Positions 1 through 12,933 of a stretch of 64,000 nt of DNA are shown piece by piece. The translations under genes and the position numbers were made by a program. The notes beneath the pieces were generated by a model that saw only the letters and a list, made by a program, of their open reading frames with translations, searched no databases and was not told the origin of the DNA. How positions within the stretch are numbered: position 1 is the stretch's first letter; each line of letters opens with the position of its first letter. Origin of the DNA: Geosiphon pyriformis uo1 (Eukaryota > Fungi > Glomeromycota); the NCBI GenBank assembly GCA_016748015.1, contig JAAOMT010000322.1:82660-146659 (forward strand), given 5' to 3'.

Positions 1-565
1 GAATAGATGAATTAAACAGATATGTTAATCTGATCACAAATATAAAACTGATCCGTGTAACAATAATTTTCTGATTAATGATCAATTTTTTGGTGTTCTT
101 TCAAAGTTTAAAGCTCATAATAATAACTGGTAACTCCTTTTTAGACGTTTGTTGAGAATATGTTCACTTGCTTTTGTTAAGCGTTCCTTACCAGAACTCT
201 AAAAGTGTTCCACATGTTAGAAAAGTAATAGTTTCATTTTAAAATTCTTGGTTATCTAGAAGGTCTTGAATAATATTAAAATTTCTGTATTTGCCTTTAA
301 GTTAATTGAAAGAATGATTGGATCATGAATATTTATAAATAACTAGTTCATATATAATTTTTCTTGTTATTTATAATGGGTTTTCCGCTGAATCAGACTT
401 TTATCCCACTTTTATCAAAATATGTTGCTCTTAATGAAATATTATTATTTCGATGCATTGCGTTTTAATTTGAGCTAATTTCATTAATAGAATTACTTTA
501 ACTTCAGCTGATCTCACATTTTACGTGAGTCATTTGATAATAATTTTAAAACTAATTGAAAGTCG

Positions 566-2412
566 TTATTGAGACGTTTGATCATCCCCAATAACTTTCA
601 AACCTCCCATCCACTTTTGTAGCACCTTAGGGACTAGCACTTTTCCATCAGAAGTTTGAAAGTTTTCAAGGATTGCAATGATCAAACGTGGAACAGCAGC
701 AGCAGTCCCATTGAGCGTGTGTACAAATTCAGTCTGAGGCATAGATGATGATTTTTGATCGGCAAGCTTTTCTTCATTATTATTGCGGCTCGAAGGTCGG
801 TATCGAATATTTAATCGACGTGATTGATAGTCAGTACAATTTGAAGCAGATGATATCTATTTAATTGGGGAAAGAATCGTCAATCCGGCGGCAGTAATCA
901 AATTAAATGCTAGGGATGGATAACTTTTGACTCTTTAATTCACACTGTACCTCGCCCCAATCTCCACGACCAGCCATCCATGCTTCTATGTCATATTTTC
1001 GGAAAGCACTAGCTCCCAATTCTCCGGTTGGCATATCCAGAACTCTAGAAATTTTATTATTTGATCAAAACATAATGGTCCAAATAATATAGAAAGGTCA
1101 CAATGATAAATAGAAAAATACGACAAATCACTTGAAGCATAAGCCCAAATCTACGCAAATCTCTTCTTGGATCGATATAATTTCATCAAACATTCGTTCA
1201 CTTTGCTCTGGTGTTGTCACCGAAAATATTTCCACTTTACTAAATTGATGTACACGGTAGAGTCCTTTTGTATCAGCACCACGTGCACCAGCCTCAGCAC
1301 GATAAGCTCGTCCGAACCCGACCATCTTAATCGGCAGTTGACTTTCTTTTAAAATCTTTTCAGCATAAATCCCAGCGAGAGGAATCTCAGCTGTGGCAGA
1401 AAGTATCAAATGTGTTGATTTTTGTTGTTGATGCTGCTGCTCTTTTGAGAGCGATGATGAATCAGGAGAATGTGATGAGGTGCTTAAAAAATAATTTTGC
1501 TGCATTTCATTTGTCCTCGGATTGAATCCACATGCATTACTAAACTCAGTTCTGATCACGTCCGGGGTGATGATCGGTGTGAAACCCTTAGAGATTAATT
1601 TTTGCATGGCATATTGTATCAAGGCTAGTTCCAAAAGTGCTCCTGCATTTCGAAGGTAATACCAACTATTACCCGAGACTTTAGCTGCTGATTCCAAATC
1701 CAACAAATCATGTTTTTTCGCAATACTCAGATGATCTTTGATCGGATACGAAACTAATTCTTGCGTTAATGGTGTACCAAATTGTTTAACAACTCGAGTC
1801 TGAGATGCGTCACCAATAGGTGCATCAGGGTGTGTTTCATTCGGAATCAGAAGAGCTTCCTGTAATAGTAATTGCTCAATCTCTCCAAGTCTCGCATCTC
1901 TTTGATGAATTAATTCTTTGAGCATTTTACCTTGTTCCAGCAATGCAGCTCGTTCATCTGAGAGGGTCAAAGAAAAGGATGATGATAGCTTCTTTGTCAA
2001 ATTAGCGATTTCGTTACGTTTACTTCGAAGATCATTTATTTCTTTTGTGATTTCACCAAAATTCGCGTATAGTTGGGCAACCTTTTGAATGTTTGCATCT
2101 AGCACATTTCTATTTCGAATGTTTTGGGAGATTGAATCCAAATTATCGCGAAGGTATCTATAATTTAAATGTGGCTTAAGAATGATAAATGATGGTGGTG
2201 GTAAGGTTTTTGATGATGGTGCGAAAGTGGAGGATGAAAATCGGACTTTTAATGAAGAGCGATCAAATTTCGATAATATCCCTGCGTATAAAATCATGGA
2301 TTATCGAATGATTAAGAATAACTTCCACTAATCGCGAATTGTGAAAAGTAAATTCATTACCAAACTTTTTTAAATCAGCAACATATTTTGTCAAGAAATT
2401 AAATTTTGCCAT
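566..2412 (-). CDS. DIA4: Seryl-tRNA synthetase, probably mitochondrial (4 exons: ~2412-2361, 2281-1132, 1044-951, ~856-566)
   Basis: Class II aaRS motifs [63 protein letters not shown] introns join in frame. N-terminus resembles a targeting peptide. Confidence 0.9.
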
Positions 2413-2925
2413 CGCCTCAATTGTTCCCTTGAAGTAAATTATGTGACTCCTGCCGCTCAAATATCCTTGACAATAAATCATATAAATCAAAAAGTCACAG
2501 GTTAAAATTGTCTTGCAGATCTTTGATAATGAGATTAGTCATGTTTCGACTAGGTAGATTATTTTGTGTGAATCCTCTATTTCACTTTTAATTTAAACCT
2601 TTGAAAAATATTCAAGAACTGTTCAATCGTGGTAAATATGAAAAACTTGATTAATTCTTTTATTCATTAAGGTAAACTTTATAAAACTTTTAAATTTATG
2701 TAATAGCTTAATTTCAAATTAACACATGTTATATTTTTTCTTAAAAAATTATATATAAATTTTCAAATACTAAAATATATATTTTTTAAAAACAGAAAAA
2801 ATTTTTATAAAAATAATGTATTTATAATATATTTAACCATCAGTTATTGAAATTATTCAAAATTTATTTCAAAGAACATTTTTCTGTTAGAATTATGTTG
2901 GCAAATTATAAACAAATTCACTAGT

Positions 2926-3842
2926 TTAATTCACTTTTTTACTCTTTCTCCTAATATCTTCTCTAACGGCATTGGTTAGCTGCATCCAACTTTGCACAAT
3001 CAGCGAAAATGGAATAATCATCCAAAAAAAATTAAAAAAGAAAAAATAAAACCAATAATAATAAGCCTCAGGACGACAATGCGGACTTCCTTGGAATATT
3101 GTTGTCCAATAATATAAGACACAACCATACATTTGACCTAATGAAATTACCAATTGGAGTACGTAACGAGATGGCCACTGTTGGTAAATGGCAAATGCGG
3201 TTGCGAACGATAATGGGCCCCAGATTGCCTTTTGAATTAAGTGGAATCAGGAATTCATTCGTAATAATAATAATAATAATAATAATAATACCCTAAAAAC
3301 TTACAGCAGTAATCCGTTCCATGTTAACAACAAATGGATCTGACGATAAATACCTAGAATCACTTAACGCATACTCTTTCCATAACTGTCCCAATAACGC
3401 GTTATCACCTTGCATAGTTTCGTGAAACGTGGCAAAATAACCCTCGAAAAAAGTATGAATACAACCACAAACGACAAACCATAAAAAGGCCAATTTATCT
3501 AGACGATTTAATTTTTTGGATTGTGAACCGACAAAGAGGATTAATGAACTTGCTAGTATGACTGTAAAGAATGCGATGAAAAATATTGAGAGGATGTATG
3601 GCATTGAGAGGGTCGGTGCTACATAGTCGGGTAGCTGGAATTTGGAGCGTTTTAGAGGAGTATAGACGGTAGCTTTTAGGATTCAAAAGTTCTTAAGACG
3701 AAATCGAACCTACCACTAGATTACGAGGATAGTAAGGGTGAGAAGGTTCAAAAAGAGGAAAGCCTTTCGTTACATTATTACTCGAGTCTACTTGTTCTAC
3801 CTGAGTGATACGTTTAAACAACCCAAACAAAAAGTCAAGCAT
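2926..3842 (-). CDS. EBP: Emopamil-binding-protein (EBP) family sterol delta8-delta7 isomerase, 3 exons
   Basis: Spliced translation MLDFLFG...HPYYPRNLV|LPDYVAP...WFVVCGCIHTFFEGYF...LWKEYALSDSRYL...MERITA|AIWGPL...GQMYGCVLYY...YWFYFFFFNFFWMIIP matches EBP motifs. Confidence 0.88.
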
Positions 3843-4247
3843 ATTTGCTCTCAACGGAGATTAACAATATATATTTTATTGGATCTGACAGGACTTTTTA
3901 AATTCTAGATTTTAAATATAAATCCTAAGACATTTTTGCTCGATTTTTCTTGTTAATATCTATTACACAAAAGTCTAGTTCACGTGTTCTCTAAAAAGAT
4001 AGAATACAATAACCTAAAACGGAAGAGAATAGTTGTGTTACTTAATTTATGTAATTTGAGATCTAAATTCTATGTTAATTCCAAATTTTAAAATTATCTT
4101 TGCAATTATAAACTTTATACCTCTGAAAGCTTGGAATGAATGTCAACCGTGAATTTTAAAAAATTGTATTTTCAAGTTATAGTTTTATAGCAGACAGAAC
4201 TGTATTACCCTTATTGTTGATCTCCTCACTCTTTCTTTTCGCCAAAA

Positions 4248-7200
4248 ATGTCCATTAATAAACCGGCATTTCAAAGGGATCTTTCTTCAAATTTGGATGC
4301 TGACGAACTATTTGTCAAACACAGCATACCAGAATTACGCGCTTTAGAGAGAAAGACGAGGTAGCTGATAGTGTCAAATTTAGGCCTTTACCATGTTTCA
4401 TTCATTTTCAAAATCCCTGAGTTAACTTAACTTTGAAACCTTCCTTTTACCTGACTTAAGAACTGACATTGAGAACAAAAAGCAAGAACTCCGGTTAATG
4501 GTCGGGTGAGTTTCAATTAAAAAGAGAAAGGTTTTTAAAATTATTTTTTCTTCTGAATAGTCTGGTAACCTGATCCTCTATATGTTCTATTCAAGTGAGC
4601 GATATCGGGACTTGATTGATGCCGCTGATTGTATAGTCAATATGCGGAAGTGTGCCCTGTCAATTCAAGAAGAGCTCAATCATATGCACGAATCTTGCAA
4701 TGTTAATGAGTTAAAAAGTATTGTTGGCAATCAAATCGATGAAGATAAAAAGGGCACTAAAGGTATTATGATTGATCTGAGAAAGTGTACTGAATATTTT
4801 GAAATATGATCTCTCATTGATCCAGTTCATTATATTTTAAATTCTTGTCTATAATTTTTCGCTTTAAATAATAAGTATCATAATCTGAATAAAATTTTCT
4901 TGGATAACATAATTAGATGATAAAAAATATTATCTTTACTCATCGGCTGCTCAAATTAAGTTGCTTGTAGATGTTCCTGAACAGGTATGTTGCAAATTGC
5001 ATGTCAAATTTAATATCTGATTATCCCTTTAAAAAAAGTTCATTTAGGACTAATGGATTCTCACCTACAGATTTGGCGGTCATTAGAAAATCATAAATAC
5101 CTGAATGCTAGCCGCTTATATCTCATAGCTAAACTTGTATACAAAAATCTTCAAGCTCACAATGAGGATGCTCCATTCAGCGTTTCGGTATTCGTCTCTC
5201 AATATGAAAACTTGATTTTTTATGATATATAGTATCCTAATATACATATTACATTAGACCACGTTTCCTGTTGTACAGCGTCAATGGGATGCTGTTAGTC
5301 ACTTCAAAACACAAATCCTTCAAAAAGCCACAAACTTCTTGAAGGTACTCAATCAGTCTGAACAGGTAACTAATTATTTCTGACATAGTTACTAAATCGT
5401 TTCACTTTGAAATTACAGCTAATTACTTTTTAATGGTTAGAGCTTGGCAGAAACTCTGAGTTCAATCATGCTCTTGGATGATGTCACGATGAAAGATGTC
5501 TTTAAAATCTACCTCGAGACGCGTACTTCACTTTTACTGCATTCGTTTCAAATTGCTTTAAGCAACGAGAAGCTGACTATCGTTGATCGTATAAAAGAAA
5601 TGGTTCAGATTGTTCATGCCACCATCTTTCAAGCTGGCTTAGTCTTCATACGCGCTGGTCAAGATCGATCACTATTCGAGTCATATTTGTATCAATTACA
5701 GCAAGGATTTACAATTCAAGAAGATACCAATCCAAAATCAGTGGCATTAATGTCTTCGAGAGAGTCAAGATCTTCGTTAACGCGCTTGTATTCTCCTTCG
5801 ACAAATATCCATTTACTTATACGTTATTTGCCTGAATCCATTCAAACTTTCACTCCTTTTTTACACACGTCTGGTACTCGAGGACAATTTCCCCAAGAAG
5901 ATATCAGGATGCGAATGAATCTTTGGACTGATCTTGTGGTTGAAGAGTTTTCACAAAAATTGGGTTCTTTATTAAAAAAATTTCCTTCGGCGACTGATTT
6001 ACATGAATTAAGAAATATTATTTGGGAAATATTAAAGGAAGATGAATCTAGTAATTATGGGGACTTTACCTCTACTGAATTGACGAATGGGCGAGTCCAC
6101 CGAACTAGCCTGGGCTTTATTCTGACTGTACATAAGACAAGTTGGTCTTGGAGTTTTGTAAGTATTTCTGTATAATTTTTGGAATTTTGGAATTCTTGTT
6201 GTTTAACGTCACTTAAATTACATTTTAATAGGTTTGCAATCTTGTTCTTAATAAATCATTCTCGATTTGGAATGACTTATTGAGAAATGGCTTTAATCAA
6301 AGATTTCAAGATATTATTCTCTCTGCCTTCACCCGATTATCGAATCATCCTGAAGCTTTACTTCAACCTCGTCTATCACAAATCGATGATCTTGAAAATG
6401 AAGGTAAATTCTCTATCCATTATGGTCACTCAATGTAAAATACGTTTTCTTATTGATCCTACTCTATAGATCGAGACATTGGAAAATTTACTTGGGCTCA
6501 GCCTAATTTTAATGTATCAGACATTAATAAGCATCCTGGGAATGATACTGCTGTTGCGTTCAAGAATCGCGCCCAAAATCTTGTATGCTCTCAGACGTCT
6601 TGTGTATATGACACAAGGAAAGCTTTCGATCAGATATTAAAAAATATACTTTCTGATTTGAAAGACACATTCTCCTTGGTCCACTCAGAAAACAAAAGCG
6701 CTGAAATCATTTTGGATCCTACCGAAGGAGGTAAATTGTTCTACGCTTTCAGGTAAATGCAAATGCTAGTAAAACTCGAAACGCAGGTTATTGACAGATT
6801 GAGCCAAACGTCACTTATCTTTATCATAGCGATACCGAAAATCTTTTTTCCTTTTTTCAGAACGCGTTTATCAAATCGGTGGAATTGTATCGATCAAAAC
6901 TTGAAAATTTGTTGAATAATAATATCGAGCCTATCAGACGCTATGACGATTTAGACGATTCGGAGGCTATTAGTGTTTTTTGTGAGTTTTCATGCTTAAG
7001 ACATAACTTGCTCATACTTATTAACTCAATTTTTGTTTTTATTGGTCGCATAGCCAAGAGATTGTTGATCGCACGCGTTGCACAAGCAATCGCTTGTGAT
7101 TCGATCTATTTGGAAATTGCTTTAGCTTCAAACACACTGCATGGGGAGTTCAGTATTGGAGACTTTCCTCGAAGAACATCTACTTCTGGTAATAAGTCGT

Positions 7201-8431
7201 GATCACTTTACGCAAACCATTTTTCGACGCAAACCCATGTACACTAATAATGCTTTTTCAAAACTCTTTTCTCTATTGGAATAAGTTGATCAAAGGGTTA
7301 TAGCTTTACGACGAATGCTAATTGATGTTTACATATCAGCACATCAACCCTGGATTGAATGGGTTGTGGTTAAGGGAGAAAAATCCTTTGAAAAAATTTT
7401 TCTTAATTCCCCATGGAACGAAACGAAGATGCAAACACTTATTTGGGAAGGTAATAAAGATTAATTTCTAATTAAAAACATAATATTACTACAATCCGAG
7501 AATTTCCTTTTACTTTAGAGGTGTCCTCTCTAGATCAAGCCAATGAGAGCACCTTAGATGATCCAGAGAAAATAAAATTGCCTTCGCAGCCTTCAAACGG
7601 TCTCATGAATTGTCTTTTCAACATATGTCAAGAAATAAATCGTGTCGGGAGCCAGACATTGAATAAGGTAAAATAAAATAAATTGTTTATCAACTATTGC
7701 TTTTTGTTCCAAGGCCAATATCAGAGTATTTATCAATTCTGCCTCTAACATTTCCGGTACCACTTGACGAAAAAGTCAGTAATCAACATTTTACTGGTCA
7801 AACTATCCAGATCAATATTTAGCCAGTTTCAATTTTTTATCAATGATTCGCATCAATTTCACCACGTTTCAGAAAAGGGTGCGATTCAAATGCTCTTTGA
7901 TGTCAAGTTTTTGAGCAAGATATTCGAAGGGTCTTTGTCCTTTGATCATGACCTTCAGCAGGATGAGAATAACCAAGACATATCAACCAATAATTTAGAG
8001 CAACAATCAACACAAAAAATGATTACAGAAGTCCTGCAGAGGATTAAAATGAAGGTAATTTGGCTGATTTTATTACAATTATCTTTTATAAATTCAATAA
8101 TAACAGTCCTTTGTCATTAACAACAGATTGATCCAATCGACTTAGCTGTTTTTGAACCTTATTTAAACAAAAATGTCGATCGACATTATACTCGCACCTC
8201 GATTTTACTAGCGTTGCTACAATTAAATCCTAAAGTGTTGGACATGTAAGCATTACCAATTTGTTTCAAGTATTTTTTCATAAGGATTTTGTTCATCACA
8301 GTTTGGCCTTCATTTCGCTCCTTAGAAGACGGAAAGGTTTAGCCATTCAAGATTATCACAATATTTTGGCTGTGGTCCCTCAGGCCCCTCGTTTCACGTT
8401 GTTACCCATTACTCAAGAGATTGGTCAATGA
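4248..8431 (+). CDS. COG1: Conserved oligomeric Golgi complex subunit 1 (Vps51/Vps67 N-terminal domain), multi-exon
   Basis: DADELF...IENKKQELRLMVG|ERYRDLIDAAD at the N-terminus; QMLFDVKFL, IDPIDLAVFEPYL and HNILAVVPQAPRFTLLP at the C-terminus; many short GT-AG introns. Confidence 0.82.
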
Positions 8432-8666
8432 AACAAGGCTCGAGTTCATCAACCTTCATTAGAAGAATTCTATTTCCATTTAAATCAAGCTGAAACTGGT
8501 TGATTATCAACCAATACAAATTACGTCTTTATCAAGGGCAGAACCGAAGTATATCCAACATCTGTTATTTATTTTAAATATATTTTGACTTACTTTTTTT
8601 CTATCTATTCATTTTATGTGGTTGCAAAAACAAAAAATTATCGTTATATTTTAAATTCTAAATAAG

Positions 8667-10327
8667 TTAATGCTCGGCTACAAATTTAACACCCTTTTCG
8701 ATATTCTTTTTCAGTTCAGGCAAAGCCTGCGCGATGAGTTCTTTTTCGTAATCGCTGAGTTTCCCAAGGGGATAAATTTTTTCAGCGCCATTAGGACCCA
8801 ACTCAACATTTGATGCAAAGTATTCGATACCATCAGGCGAGAAAAGGTCTGATTTTACATATGTTGGTTCGATCACGCCCTTCTCATTATTGACAAGGGC
8901 CCGAAGAAGAGAATTCGTGAATTTTGAAGCAGCATAGGCCATTGATAGTGTGGCAGAACCAGTCCCTTTTCGGAAGATCAAAAAATGTCAGGTTGATGAA
9001 GCGACACCATGAAATGAATGAAGTGGTTGTTGCTTACCAGCTTTAGCTTTAACGACTTCGTCCCCCCCAAATTGAATTCGATGTGTCAACGCTTTTAGTT
9101 CTTCGTCGCTGAACTTGCTGTCTATTTGTGAAAGCAAAGGTACAATAGTAACACCGGAATGCCCACCAACAACTGCAATTTTTTCTTTTCTTGGATCAGT
9201 GCCTTTCAGTTCCGCGACAAAGCATGATGCACGAACGTCATCAAGTGTTGTGATACCAAATATTCTGTTCAGGATTTAAATTCAAAAAATTAGTAATGGA
9301 TTAAAGCATTTGTAAAATTACAAGGCGTCAGGGAGAATGGGAGTAAGGCCTTGAAACATTTACTTGCGCTGATCATATATTCCATGTTTCTTAAACACCT
9401 CCGAGACGATGGGAACGGTAGAGTTAACGGGATTTGCGATGATAGCTACAATTGCTTTTGGAGCATATCTAAATGGACAAATAAAGGATCGAGTTTTTTT
9501 CCACAAAATAATAAGAAATAATATTCTCAGAACTTACTGTGCAACGGAAACGGCCAAATCTCGTACGATACCAGCATTCGTCTATTATGAGTGAATGAAC
9601 CACACGAATGTTAGTTCAGCATAATCAAAAGGCTGATCAAACAAAGATATTGAAAACTTGAAGACTCAACATTAAAAAGATCATCGCGTGTCATGCCCGG
9701 CTTCCTTGGCACACCAGCAGGTATCACGACAATATGTGCATCAGACAGTGTGTGTTTAAGGCCTTCATTTTCTCGAACATAGCCAGTAACCTATTTGTGA
9801 TTCAATGGAATATCGAGATCATGAGGATGAAGAGCCATGGCTCCAATTGATTCTATCGAATTATATAACATTTTGGTGGTTCTCATAATTGATCTTTCAA
9901 ACATAGATCAAAATATCTATATAATTATATTTCTAAAACATTAACCTTGCTCTTTGTATTAATATGACTTAGGTCAGCAGCAACACCAGGGGTATTAACA
10001 ATATCATAAAGCGCTAGATGCGAGATCAAGTCATTTTGTTTGAGCAGGAGAGAAAGAGGTTGGCCGATTCCACCTTTGAAAATTATTCAAAAAAGGTAAA
10101 GCATTATTATAAAATTTTACTACTGCTTTGACATTTAAAATATTGCTTACCAGCAGCACCAAGTACAGCAACCTTGGCAGCGTTCTAAAACGTGAATCCA
10201 AAGAGCTGTTAAAAACATCGTACGTTTCTGAAAAATTATACATAAATGAAGTACTTACTGTACCCACAGAGGAAGAAAAACTACGTCTGATTGCGCCAAT
10301 AGTGGTAAATCGTCGAAAACCCAACAT
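8667..10327 (-). CDS. MDH1: NAD-dependent malate dehydrogenase, mitochondrial type, multi-exon
   Basis: Arg/Ser-rich presequence MLGFRRFTT...; KVAVLGAAG|[66 protein letters not shown]. Confidence 0.95.
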
Positions 10328-11013
10328 TATGGAAAGCGGACAGGAAAAGGAATCAATTGCCGTTGTCTCTGTATTGATGAGTCATTGACTTAAATTTTAG
10401 AACTTTGAGATGTAATTGGTTAGTCTAACTTTGTATAATTGGACAGGATTTAATTTAATGGTAATGCCTTTTTTTTATTACTGCCTTTTAAATTATTATT
10501 GGACCGTGGTTATAAATAAAATAAATTGCGTTTATTCACGTGATAAAATCAAAGTTTTAATTTGAAATAGATTTTTCAATCTATTGAGGTTACAAGAAGG
10601 ATCTCAATGGCTTTTGACTTTCAAGCCAGAGTAAAAGTCCGTAAGCATTTGATGTCTCATAAACCAATGCAAAGCACTTCTTTTTTCAGCGCTTGAAAAT
10701 CATATTTTCGTCTTACTTGGGTTCCTTTTTTTTACTTTGGAATTTGTGATTATCAAAGATGTGGGTTTGTATATCCTAAATGTTCTAAATATTTACATTG
10801 GAACTTTGGCCTTAATATAATCATAAAAATAAATATTGATCCCATTAAATTTTACAAAAATGACCTTCCAAGACATATAGATTGAAATGATTGCCATCCC
10901 CAGATTGAACCACTTAAATGATCAAAAATTTCCATTCGTACTCAATGCGCTTCCTAATCAAAATTCAATTTTTCAAGCTATAGAAATCTCGACACTGATT
11001 CTTTATGGAGGTC

Positions 11014-12660
11014 TCACAATAGAATAGATATCCATTTTATGATTCCGAAAAATATTCCTGAAACCAATAAAAATTGAACTGGTAGCGAGGAAGCAGGTTG
11101 AGATTCCACGTGAACAAGGTGAAAATTCCTTGATTGGGGGCTACTTATGGCAGTTAATAACTCACGATTGAGATGAGAAGTAAATTTCTAAAATATTTGA
11201 AATATGAAAATTAACGAGTCTATCATTTGCTCCAAACATTTTAAATTTTCACTTACTTTATCAGAAATATTTGTAGTGGAATTTGGTTTTATGGAATTTT
11301 TGTATTCCACAGATAAATTGTACTTTTCCTTCGTGATTTCTACATTTTGAACGCTACCAAAGAAATCTGTTACAAGAACCTAAAAATTTAACGATAATAT
11401 TGAGTTAGTTGAAATAAATTAAAAAGATGTTTGTAACATGATTCGATCTCCCAACCTTTTCCAATGGCCTACGAAACAAATCATTTCTTACGCCAGGTGT
11501 GGAATGTATCAATATGTGATTGTATGAATTGAACAGATCTTGCAAAGTAGCTTTACTTTGCATATCTATTTTTTCCAAGAATTCAAGATTATAATAGGTA
11601 AATCGATCAATGACGGCAACTCCGATATCAGTGTCCATATGGTGCTAATTTTAGATTTTACATGGTGAGATTAAAATTCTCGGATATAAATAAATAATCG
11701 AGTAATAATTACAGAATAAGAATTTTCGCCAAATTCACTACTTCCTGTGGCCAGAATATTAGGAGAATATATTTGGCTATACATGGTATTTGCTTGGCAA
11801 GTATCTATCATAAATAATATTTCATGATATCTTGTAGAGCCAGTAAAAGAAAGAATAAAGAATTATAATCGGTCAAGTAACCAAGTCCCCCCGATGTTTC
11901 ATAAAAACCCTACTGACCTCCTTTTCTCCCACATTTGTTCAAAAGCATCGGCCAGATCAAAACTACTAATCTCTTCAGCATCTTGAAACTTTAAGAATTC
12001 ATTTCCCCCATGTCCGGTCATGTAAACCAATATATTTGAACGGTCATCAGATAATAACCGTTTTGAACGAGGGGTTTCAGGAGAAACGCGACCTATTGTA
12101 TATTAATAAACTGAGTTTCAAAAGATCACCATATCTGATATACTCGATGCCTTTCGATTTACCTGTTAAAACCCGTATAAAGTTTTCAACGGTTACCTCA
12201 TAACCACGGTAATCCACTTCCACATTATCACCATACAAATCTAAATGTCTCGCGGCATTATTAAAAACTGTTGCGGGAAATACATTTCGCGGATTACAAG
12301 CAACATCGTCAGAAAGCATTAAAATGATGTTCGAATCAGGAATTCCAAGTCGTTTTACCGTTCGGTACATTGATAAAGTATTGGCCATGTGCCTGTAATT
12401 AAACCAGAATCTCGAGGTGCAGACCTAGATAAATAAGTTATTTCAGACAAACGAAACTAAGTTATAAAGTTGAAGCTGGATTGTCTTAAAGGAAAAATCT
12501 TTACCAAAACGGCCCAATTATTTGTATGACCTGCTCCTCGACTAAAGAATCCGTCAACATCATGCGGATGATTTGTTTTCACTATTAAATTTGAACTGGC
12601 GAAACAAGGAAAAAGGGACAATAGCAATAAGTTTAAAAAAGAAAGCTTATAGAGATTCAT
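11014..12660 (-). CDS. GPI8: GPI-anchor transamidase catalytic subunit (peptidase C13), multi-exon
   Basis: Signal peptide; HTNNWAVLV|[14 protein letters not shown]; [10 protein letters not shown]; [15 protein letters not shown]; IDTCQANT; C-terminal hydrophobic segment ending in TGA at 11014. Confidence 0.93.
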
Positions 12661-12933
12661 AGCAAAATATAAATAGTCAGTATTTTGCCTTTACTGATAT
12701 TTGGCTTCAATTGTACAACTTTAATGATAAGAATCAGTCACATGAGATATCAGATATATCACTTTCTTATCCAAAAAAGTTTATATATAAATTTATTCTA
12801 GCCCCAAATAGTTCAAGTGCATTTGATTCTGAGTCAATAGTATCACCATGTATCACAGATCTCATAATTTACAACTCTCTTAATTGAAGATGATTTCTCA
12901 CATTAATTGTTTCAGTTCTTCGCTCAATAAAGT

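Noticed and set aside
9791-9945. Longer MDH1 intron with a palindrome (gagccatggctc) as a possible snoRNA host
   Set aside because: No convincing box C/D or H/ACA arrangement.
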